A DNA stretch of 64,000 nucleotides. Origin: Candidatus Woesearchaeota archaeon (GTDB taxonomy: Archaea > Nanobdellota > Nanobdellia > Pacearchaeales > GW2011-AR1). Of this stretch, positions 56,214 through 64,000 are shown one piece after another. The position numbers were made by a program, and so were the translations under genes. The first letter of the stretch is position 1. The number at the start of each line of letters is the position of its first letter. The notes beneath the pieces were generated by a model that did not search any database, was not told the DNA's origin, and saw only the letters and a list, made by a program, of their open reading frames with translations. Where the stretch lies: the NCBI GenBank assembly GCA_964551115.1, contig CAZKBE010000001.1, forward strand, positions 866-64,865, given 5' to 3'.

Positions 56214-58841
56214 TTATCTCTTATTTTTTATTACTGCATGAGCTGCGGCAAGTCTTGCAATAGGAACTCTAAATGGTGAGCAAGAAACATAACTTAGCCC
56301 AATATTGTGGCAGAATTCTACGGTTGTTGGGTCTCCGCCATGTTCGCCACAAATTCCCATTTTCATATTTTCTCGAACTTTTCTTCCCTTTTCAATTGCA
56401 ATTTTCATTAATCCACCTACGCCTATTTGATCAAGTGATTGGAAGGGATCTCTCTCGTAAATTCCCATAGATACATATTGATTTAAGAATTTCCCGGAAT
56501 CATCTCTTGAAAATCCACAAGTCATTTGTGTTAAATCATTTGTACCAAAAGAAAAGAATTCTGCTTCTTTAGCAATATCATCTGCGGTTAAAGCACCTCT
56601 TGGAACTTCAATCATTGTTCCAATAGAATATTCAAATTTAATATTTTGTTCTTGCATTACTTTCTTTGCAATAGAGTCTACTATTGCTTTTTGATTTTCA
56701 AATTCTTTGATATGTCCAACTAATGGGATCATAACTTCCGGAATAATATTTTTTCCAGATTTAACGATTTCTGCAGCTGCTTCAAAAACTGCACGAGATT
56801 GCATTTCAGAAATTTCAGGATAGGTTATACCTAGTCTACAACCTCTATGACCTAGCATTGGATTAAATTCGTGTAAATCTTCTATTTTTTTCTTTAATAT
56901 TTCTATTGAAACATTTAATTCTTTAGCAATTTCTTGAATATCTTTTTCTTCTTTTGGTAAGAATTCATGTAATGGTGGATCCAAATATCTTATAGTTACT
57001 GGAAATCCATCCATAATTTCAAATAATTCTCTAAAATCTTGTCTTTGCATAGGTAATAGTTTAGCTAATGCCTTTTCTCTTCCTTCTTTTGTTTCAGCTA
57101 GGATCATTTCTCTTACGGCTTTTATTCTTGTTTCTTCAAAGAACATATGTTCTGTTCTACAAAGCCCGATACCTTCTGCACCAAATTTAATTGCCTGTGC
57201 AGCATCTTTAGGAGTATCAGCATTTGTTCTTACTTTTAATTTTCTAATTTCATCTGCCCAGCCCATTAATGTACCAAAGTATCCTGAAAGTTCTGGTTCA
57301 ATTAAATCTACAGCACCTAAGAATACTTCTCCTGTTGCACCATCAAGTGAGATAATGTCATTTTCTTTGATTATTAGATCTTTTATTTCTATAACTTTTT
57401 CTCTTTCAGAGACTTTTATGTCTGAACAACCTGCAACACAGCATTTGCCCATTCCCCTTGCAACAACTGCCGCATGAGAAGTCATTCCACCTCTAGCAGT
57501 TAAAATTCCTTGTGCAGCATGCATACCTTCTATATCCTCCGGAGAAGTTTCTGTCCTTACCAATATCACTTTTTCCCCTTCATGAGCCATGTCAAAGGCT
57601 TTCTCTGCTGTAAACACTACTTTGCCAACTGCCGCGCCAGGTGAAGCAGGTAAGCCTTTAGCGATAACTTGTTTAGTCCTTTTGGATTTAGTGTCTAATT
57701 GTTTATGTAGAAGTTGATTTAACGATTCTGCTTCAACCTTTAACAAAGCTTCTTCTTTTGTTAAAAGACCTTCTTTAACTAACTCTACTGCAATTCTAAC
57801 AGCTGCTGCTGCTGTTCTTTTTCCATTTCTTGTTTGTAACATGTATAATTTACCTTTTTCTATTGTAAATTCCATATCTTGCATATCTTTGTAGTGTTTT
57901 TCTAATCTCTCTCTAATTTCACAAAGTTGTTTGTATATCGCTGGGCTTTGCTCAGCAAGTTTACTCATGGTTTCAGGAGTTCTAATTCCGGCTACTACGT
58001 CTTCTCCTTGGGCATTCATTAGATATTCTCCATAAAAGATATTCTCGCCTGTTGATGGATTTCTAGTGAAACAGACACCTGTTCCAGAGTCATCTCCCAT
58101 GTTTCCGAAAACCATCTCTTGAACATTAACTGCTGTTCCAAGTAAACCAAAAATATTATTCATTCTTCTATAAGCTATAGCTCTATTATTGTTCCAAGAG
58201 TTAAATACTGCATAAATCGCCATAGTTAACTGTTCGAAAACATTCGAAGGGAACATTTTACCTGTTTTTTGTTGAATTAATTCCTTATAACCTGTAATTA
58301 CTTTTCTTAGATCCTGAGCATCAAGGTCTAAGTCTAATTTAACTCCTTTGTGATCTTTTACTTCTTGTAATACTTCTTCAAAATCATGATGTTCAACACC
58401 CATAACAACACTACCAAACATTTGCATAAATCTTCTATAGGAGTCATAAGCAAAACGAGGATTTTCTGTTTTTTTTAGAATTGACTCAACAGTTTGATCG
58501 TTTAATCCAAGATTTAATATTGTATCCATCATACCAGGTAATGAAGCTGCTGCACCACTTCTAACTGAAACAAGTAATGGGTTTTCAGAACCTCCCAAAA
58601 TCTTTCCTGTTTTTTCTTCAAGTTCTTTTAGTTTTGTTTTAACCTGATCTAATACCTCTTCACTTAATACCTTGCCTTGTTTATAGAACAAATCACAGGA
58701 TTCCGTTGTAATTGTAAATCCGTTTGGTATTGGCAAACCTAATGTTTTCATTTCAGCCAAGTTAGCACCTTTACCGCCTAGAAGATTTTTCATCTCTTTT
58801 TTACCTTCTTCAAAAGAATAAACATATTTTTTTGTTTCCAT
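56214..58841 (-). CDS. ppdK: Pyruvate, phosphate dikinase
   Basis: LGGKGANLAEM, SVRSGA, GGMTSHAAVVARG (phospho-His), GIGLCRTEHM, FGTNDLTQ, GICGEHGG; start set at METKKY. Confidence 0.98.
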   Translation of the reverse strand: METKKYVYSFEEGKKEMKNLLGGKGANLAEMKTLGLPIPNGFTITTESCDLFYKQGKVLSEEVLDQVKTKLKELEEKTGKILGGSENPLLVSVRSGAAASLPGMMDTILNLGLNDQTVESILKKTENPRFAYDSYRRFMQMFGSVVMGVEHHDFEEVLQEVKDHKGVKLDLDLDAQDLRKVITGYKELIQQKTGKMFPSNVFEQLTMAIYAVFNSWNNNRAIAYRRMNNIFGLLGTAVNVQEMVFGNMGDDSGTGVCFTRNPSTGENIFYGEYLMNAQGEDVVAGIRTPETMSKLAEQSPAIYKQLCEIRERLEKHYKDMQDMEFTIEKGKLYMLQTRNGKRTAAAAVRIAVELVKEGLLTKEEALLKVEAESLNQLLHKQLDTKSKRTKQVIAKGLPASPGAAVGKVVFTAEKAFDMAHEGEKVILVRTETSPEDIEGMHAAQGILTARGGMTSHAAVVARGMGKCCVAGCSDIKVSEREKVIEIKDLIIKENDIISLDGATGEVFLGAVDLIEPELSGYFGTLMGWADEIRKLKVRTNADTPKDAAQAIKFGAEGIGLCRTEHMFFEETRIKAVREMILAETKEGREKALAKLLPMQRQDFRELFEIMDGFPVTIRYLDPPLHEFLPKEEKDIQEIAKELNVSIEILKKKIEDLHEFNPMLGHRGCRLGITYPEISEMQSRAVFEAAAEIVKSGKNIIPEVMIPLVGHIKEFENQKAIVDSIAKKVMQEQNIKFEYSIGTMIEVPRGALTADDIAKEAEFFSFGTNDLTQMTCGFSRDDSGKFLNQYVSMGIYERDPFQSLDQIGVGGLMKIAIEKGRKVRENMKMGICGEHGGDPTTVEFCHNIGLSYVSCSPFRVPIARLAAAHAVIKNKR

Positions 58842-58929
58842 GTCTTTGAAATTTTTTCTTGGTTTATAAATCTTTAGTTTCAAAAGTTCATTTCTTATTA
58901 AGTTTTAATCTTGGCCTTCGTTTTGGCTA

Positions 58930-59274
58930 CTATTTCAATAGTTCTTGAGGAATCTTATTTCCTACTAGGCTAGATATCTTTTCATAATCTAAAGAAATTT
59001 CTAGGCCAATATTATCTGGGTTTCTCTTGTTGGCTTCTAGTAGCGAATGATACGAATCTTTTAGAACTTGATAGTTTCTAATAGAATGTAAGACTTTAAA
59101 CTCAAATGGATCCAGTTTAAATTTTTCTTTTTCTTGTGATGACCATTCAAATGCCCATGAGTCTAGATTTATTATATCTTTTGAGCTTATATATTCAGAT
59201 AGGAGTGACCGAAGTTTAGAGGATTTGTCGTTTAGTTCTCGCACATTAATCTTTTTCCAATTTCTACTAGTCAT
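58930..59274 (-). CDS. Hypothetical protein (ORFan)
   Basis: 114-aa ORF with TATA-like TTTAATAG upstream. Confidence 0.6.
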   Translation of the reverse strand: MTSRNWKKINVRELNDKSSKLRSLLSEYISSKDIINLDSWAFEWSSQEKEKFKLDPFEFKVLHSIRNYQVLKDSYHSLLEANKRNPDNIGLEISLDYEKISSLVGNKIPQELLK

Positions 59275-59332
59275 ATATTTCTATTCTCTTTCTACTATTA
59301 AAGGTTTATTATACTACAAATGCTACTAACAA

Positions 59333-59602
59333 ATGATTCTCTTAGGATATTTTTCTAAAGATTATCTTGTTCTTGTTAAGGGTATCGGCTTGGTTTTATA
59401 CAGTTTGTTAATAATTACGACTATTGATGATTTACTTCTCGCAAAAATAGTTCACACAAAAACTAAAATTAATCAAATAGTTATAATCGTTGGAGTTATT
59501 GGGGGAGCTAGTTTATTTGGTGTTGTGGGAATATTCATTGGGCCTATTTTATTGCCATTACTTATTACTTATTTTAAAACATTTAAAGAACGATTTGACT
59601 AA
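59333..59602 (+). pseudogene. C-terminal fragment of an AI-2E family transporter
   Basis: IDDLL..KIV...KIN...IIVGVIGG..LFGVVGIFIGPILL is the AI-2E C-terminal signature; only 89 aa versus about 350 aa typical. Confidence 0.7.
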
Positions 59603-59629
59603 GGAAATTTATAGTGATTTAGAAGAGTA

Positions 59630-61816
59630 TCATCCGTTATAATTACAGTCTATTACCCCTGAAGGCATATTGTTAATTCCCAAGGTTTCGTCACAATCCG
59701 CTGATTTCTCCCAGCTAAAATTTTGTTTTCCTTCTGGAGGACAGGTAGAAGGTGAAAGAACATATTGCCAGTCGGAAATAGAACAAGGATCTAAGCAAGA
59801 ACCTGTTAGGTTTTCAGGATTTCCTCCTATACAGTCTACAGGAGATCTAGACATGATTGTTCTCGTTCTTGTGCCCAGTGAGTTACAGCTAGTCCAATTA
59901 CTATAAGTAAATGAATTACAAGTTGCACAAGTACTTACAAGACTTTCTGAAACTCCGCCAACGCAGCCTGTAGGGGATCTTGAGACAATAGTTCTTGTTT
60001 TTGCACCTAAACTGTTACAATTGGTCCAGTTAGAATAAGTAAAATTATTACAGGTAGGTTGGTTTGTGTTAACAATTGGTCCTCTCGCAGAGTTATTACT
60101 CGTTAAACAACTACTGCAATTCCCATAATGATCGCAATCTCCCTTACCATCACAATTTACATATCCTGTCAAACAAGTTTTATTGTCTGCATCTGTATTT
60201 TTACATTGATTTGAATTGGCGCCCAATGGTGCTCCTGCATTTATAAGTGCTAAAACGCAACTACAGCTATCACAAGTACCTTGATGTCCGCATCCTTCCT
60301 GATCATCACAATTTACATATCCCGTAGGGCAAGGAGAATTTGTGTTATAATCCCAAGCCGAACATTTACAAGTACAACTACTCGAATACTGGCATAAATT
60401 TACGCCTGACCAAGAGCCGTAATCTAAAACAGGTACATTTGCAGGTCTAGATGCACTAGAGCCTGCACCGGTAGATTCTGCACCCGTAGCGCAGAAAGTT
60501 TTAGCAGTACATCCTGTTAAAGTAACAGCATTACCATACTGTTGTTGCTCTCGGCTAGAGAACTTTCCTGTCGCTTTAACAGATCCTCCGCTTAAGGTTA
60601 CTGCTTTGCTTATATCTATTTTAGTTGTAGAAGAGAAAGTTAGTTTGTATGCCCCATTGTCTTGATCTGCTCTACAATCTGCCCAACTAACTCCTCCACC
60701 GGTCATCTTAGCATTGTCGCAGGTTAGCTTACAATCCCAGTTCATAAAAGAAGGCCACCTTACTGAAGATGCTCTTGTTCCAGACATTCCTCCCCCATAA
60801 TCTTTTACCTTAAATGCGTTCGCAGCGCAAGTACTTGCAACTGAATAACCTCCTTTACTGCCACCCATTTCTCCAGGATTTGCCGAGATTAATTGAAAGA
60901 TACTATTTCCCGTAATCGTTTCTTCTGAACCCATAGCGTTTATTGATCTGCTTGTTATGCTGTATATGCTTTCGATATTAGCAGAAACAATTTTTTGATT
61001 TTTATCTACTTTTGAGGGAACTTCATAGAATTGATCTACAAGAGGGTCATAAAACACAATTATAAATTCTTCTTCATTTAGTCCAGATAAATTAATGTCT
61101 GTATAATTTATTGAAAGTAAGGCTTTACCCGTCAGAATATCTATTTCTGGGTGTATATCATAAAATACTCCTCCGATTAAATAAGGACTTTCTTCAGAAT
61201 TAATAAAAGATGCATCATTTATATCCATAAAGAATTTATTGTCTTGAGTATTTGTAATTGAAATTTCGCTATTTTCTTGAATTGTAAGTGTAGCTCGATT
61301 ATTTCCAGATGTTAAGGTTAATGGACTATTTAGAACAAATTTATTTCCAGATTTTTTTTCTAAATCTTGTTTAATATATGATGATAACACATAGGATGAT
61401 TTAAAATCTTTAATTGTTGCATTCCCTTGTTCGGATACTATTTCTATCGGGAATATTACTTTTGTGTAGATTATTAAATTATCTTGTAATTCTATGCTGG
61501 ATATTGGCGATCCAAAATAGAATTTTGTTAAATTATCTCTTTTATTTAGTTCACCTATAGTACAATTAAGTAGTGAGCTATCTAGATATTCTTGCATTTT
61601 ATCTAGGTTTGAGAAACCCATAATTAAAACAGCTTTTTCTACATTCATATACATGCAGTCTTCTACAGATTCTTTTACAATTTTAATATTACTCGAAGAT
61701 AGGTATTCTTCTTGTATCCCTTCTCTAGAATATAATAAAAATAGAGCGATTATAGATGTTAATATAACTAAGCCAAATATTATAAATAATGTCAGTTGCC
61801 CTCGTTTATTTCTCAT
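59630..61816 (-). CDS. Cys-rich surface protein with class III (pilin-type) signal peptide and TSP1-like repeats
   Basis: MRNKRGQ-LTLFIIFG signal; 2x C.TGYVNCD...C.H.G.C.SC; 2x TCN.FTYSNWT.CNSLG..TRTI.SRSP..C.GG. Confidence 0.85.
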   Translation of the reverse strand: MRNKRGQLTLFIIFGLVILTSIIALFLLYSREGIQEEYLSSSNIKIVKESVEDCMYMNVEKAVLIMGFSNLDKMQEYLDSSLLNCTIGELNKRDNLTKFYFGSPISSIELQDNLIIYTKVIFPIEIVSEQGNATIKDFKSSYVLSSYIKQDLEKKSGNKFVLNSPLTLTSGNNRATLTIQENSEISITNTQDNKFFMDINDASFINSEESPYLIGGVFYDIHPEIDILTGKALLSINYTDINLSGLNEEEFIIVFYDPLVDQFYEVPSKVDKNQKIVSANIESIYSITSRSINAMGSEETITGNSIFQLISANPGEMGGSKGGYSVASTCAANAFKVKDYGGGMSGTRASSVRWPSFMNWDCKLTCDNAKMTGGGVSWADCRADQDNGAYKLTFSSTTKIDISKAVTLSGGSVKATGKFSSREQQQYGNAVTLTGCTAKTFCATGAESTGAGSSASRPANVPVLDYGSWSGVNLCQYSSSCTCKCSAWDYNTNSPCPTGYVNCDDQEGCGHQGTCDSCSCVLALINAGAPLGANSNQCKNTDADNKTCLTGYVNCDGKGDCDHYGNCSSCLTSNNSARGPIVNTNQPTCNNFTYSNWTNCNSLGAKTRTIVSRSPTGCVGGVSESLVSTCATCNSFTYSNWTSCNSLGTRTRTIMSRSPVDCIGGNPENLTGSCLDPCSISDWQYVLSPSTCPPEGKQNFSWEKSADCDETLGINNMPSGVIDCNYNG

Positions 61817-61947
61817 TTATTTTTTAATAAAACTCTATTTAAATACTCTTCTATCTTATCTAATTTTAGGAGGATAGATTCATTATCTTCTTTTTGAGAA
61901 TGCTCTGTTTAAGTAATCTTTTTATACCCTAATATTATTAGATATTC

Positions 61948-64000
61948 ATGAGAAAGGATCGAGGCATTTTATTCTTTGGGATTTTATTGGTCTTATTTAT
62001 TCTAACTTATCTTAATTCGGTTAATGCTACCTGTGTAAACTGTACTAAAATAATGCCTATTGGAGATTCAATAACTGAGATGGGTGGAAGTTTGGGTTTA
62101 TCTTATAGATATTGGTTATGGAATAAACTTCAAAATGCGGGTTTTACAAATATTGATTTTGTAGGGAGCATGACTGATTCATCGACTTTGAACTTTGATA
62201 AAAATCATGAGGGGCATGGAGGTATGACTGCTGATTGGTTTTTACAATGGGATCGCCTTCCAACATGGGCTGCAACTTATAAACCCGATATTGCGTTAGT
62301 ACATATTGGTATAAATGATTACCATACTGAAACTTTTCTGTCAAATCCAAATTATAATACTGCGTTAACAACAACAATTGATGATATGGACAATATGGTA
62401 GATACTTTAAGATCCGTAAATCCCAGCATAAAAATTATCGTGGCTCAGATAATTCCCTCATTTCTTGTTCCAGATAACGAAGTAAAAAGATTTAATGCAG
62501 AGTTAGCTAGAGTTGTTCCTTTAAAAAGTACTACAACCTCTCCAATTTATTTAGTAGATATGCATAGTTGGTACAATCAAAATATTCATAGCACTGATAA
62601 AATTCACCCAAATGATTTGGGTTCTCAAATCATGGCAGATAAATGGTTTGAGGTTTTAAAAAAGATATTGCCACCACCTACAATATCAAATCCCCCAGCA
62701 AATTCACAGTGTATTTTTAATCATATAAAATATGCAAATTATTATTCGGATTTAAAAGATGCATATGGTTATGATCCAGTTTCTTTAAAAAATCACTGGA
62801 TTGACTGGGGCATTAAAGAAGGAAGAACTCCTTGCGGATCGGATATGCCCTCCTGTAGGTTTGTTAAATCCAACTACATTGAGTTGTATCCTGATGTTGA
62901 AGATGCTCATATAGATGCTTTGTATCATTATTTAACTTGGGGGCTAAACGAGGGTAGGGTTGTTTGTAATAATGAACTTGAAAGGGTATCAAAGGAATTG
63001 GTAAAAGATCCTGATTTTTTATTAGGGATTCAACAAGGAATATCTACAATCCCCTATTTAGAGACACATGATTGTCGATCTGCTTGGTCACAAAAGGTTC
63101 CTTCTATTTCAAATAATCCTCCTTGGATATTTGTAGAAATTTCTGAAAAATTACATTTTTGTGACAATGTTGATTATCCCATTGTTAATTCTAATGGCGC
63201 GATTGAATATAGATCAAACTATGGGGGTAAATCTGCCAGCATAAATCCTGATGGAAGTGTTAACTTAATGATTGATACTTCAAAAGAATGGAGAAAGGGT
63301 TGTGATTTAAGATTACCTGAAAATGGGGTGGAGCCTAAATATCCTTCAAATGAAGTGTTTTGGCCACATTTTGAAATTGCTCAAGGGATTAAAGATAGCG
63401 ATGGTTCTTTTGTACGATTAACGGATTATGAACAACTTTTATTTTCTTCGGACATTTCCCTTCTATCTGGTGAAAAAACAAGTCGTTGTGTTGAGGGTGG
63501 TGAAGGCATGATTTTATATATATATTTTACTATTTCCCTTGTTGATAGGCCTGCTGATTGCAGTGGAAAATTGTGTTCGCTTTACTTCCATTTACCAATT
63601 TTTGTATCTAATGATGGAGTTTCTAATAACATTATAACAGAGGACGTGGTTACTTTTGATAATTTTGGGACCGGTGTTGTTTGGCTTAAAGGTTATCCTG
63701 TTGCAAATATTGGTCAAACCGCAAATTATAGAGATCTTGATGTTATTTCATTATCAAAAGATTCAATGAACCTATATAAACAAAAAAATCCTCAAACAAC
63801 CATTTACCCTTTGCAAGACTATCAATTAGAATCATTATGGATAGGTTTTGAGATTTTTTCTGGAGGTTTTAAATACAACACTAAAATTAATAACCCTTCT
63901 ATTAGAGCAATCGGTTATCAAGCAATTTCTAATAAATCTTGTAATCTTCCTTGGGGCGAGACTATTTTTCATGGACAATCTGTTACTGCATACTCCTCTT
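61948..64000 (+). CDS. Secreted multidomain SGNH/GDSL hydrolase (partial; runs off the window edge)
   Basis: Manual translation: signal peptide, KIMPIGDSIT, HEGHGG, HIGIND, DKIHP; then two Y..(Y)PD/SD...H...WG..EGR repeats and CNLPWGETIFHGQSVTAYSS at the edge. Confidence 0.88.
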   Translation, partial: MRKDRGILFFGILLVLFILTYLNSVNATCVNCTKIMPIGDSITEMGGSLGLSYRYWLWNKLQNAGFTNIDFVGSMTDSSTLNFDKNHEGHGGMTADWFLQWDRLPTWAATYKPDIALVHIGINDYHTETFLSNPNYNTALTTTIDDMDNMVDTLRSVNPSIKIIVAQIIPSFLVPDNEVKRFNAELARVVPLKSTTTSPIYLVDMHSWYNQNIHSTDKIHPNDLGSQIMADKWFEVLKKILPPPTISNPPANSQCIFNHIKYANYYSDLKDAYGYDPVSLKNHWIDWGIKEGRTPCGSDMPSCRFVKSNYIELYPDVEDAHIDALYHYLTWGLNEGRVVCNNELERVSKELVKDPDFLLGIQQGISTIPYLETHDCRSAWSQKVPSISNNPPWIFVEISEKLHFCDNVDYPIVNSNGAIEYRSNYGGKSASINPDGSVNLMIDTSKEWRKGCDLRLPENGVEPKYPSNEVFWPHFEIAQGIKDSDGSFVRLTDYEQLLFSSDISLLSGEKTSRCVEGGEGMILYIYFTISLVDRPADCSGKLCSLYFHLPIFVSNDGVSNNIITEDVVTFDNFGTGVVWLKGYPVANIGQTANYRDLDVISLSKDSMNLYKQKNPQTTIYPLQDYQLESLWIGFEIFSGGFKYNTKINNPSIRAIGYQAISNKSCNLPWGETIFHGQSVTAYSS

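Noticed and set aside
59795..60330. Repeats in the Cys-rich gene as a CRISPR or DGR-like array
   Set aside because: They are degenerate in-frame protein repeats; no spacers, cas genes or reverse transcriptase.

Overview
AT-rich (roughly 30% GC by eye) chromosomal segment of a small-genome archaeon, most likely DPANN (Pacearchaeota/Woesearchaeota-like). The taxon is inferred from archaeal EF-2/EF-1alpha, Kae1, TrmY, Trm5, TrmB, MBF1, a presenilin homologue, TATA-box promoters and mostly leaderless genes. It is mainly housekeeping: six aminoacyl-tRNA synthetases (Ile, Ser, Arg, Tyr, Gly, Met), five tRNAs, tRNA-modification enzymes, ackA, ppdK, a DEAD-box helicase, glycosyltransferases and two large surface proteins, interspersed with short ORFans. 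No CRISPR array, integrase or transposase was recognised. The most striking unannotated element is a 22-aa leader peptide ending in FAFFYF (55148-55216, minus strand) with mutually exclusive 1:2 / 2:3 / 3:4 RNA stems. It lies directly upstream of a bacterial-type (class I-alpha) DAHP synthase and is a candidate ribosome-sensed Phe/Tyr attenuator in an archaeon. Other observations: a switch-like 5' leader on the DEAD-box helicase, an uncharacterised TIM-barrel + nucleotidyltransferase-HEPN gene cluster, two small genes missed by the ORF track (a Zn-finger microprotein and a Lys-rich putative nucleoid protein), tandem operator-like sites, a shared promoter motif and two pseudogene remnants. Family assignments are by motif recognition only; no searches were run.
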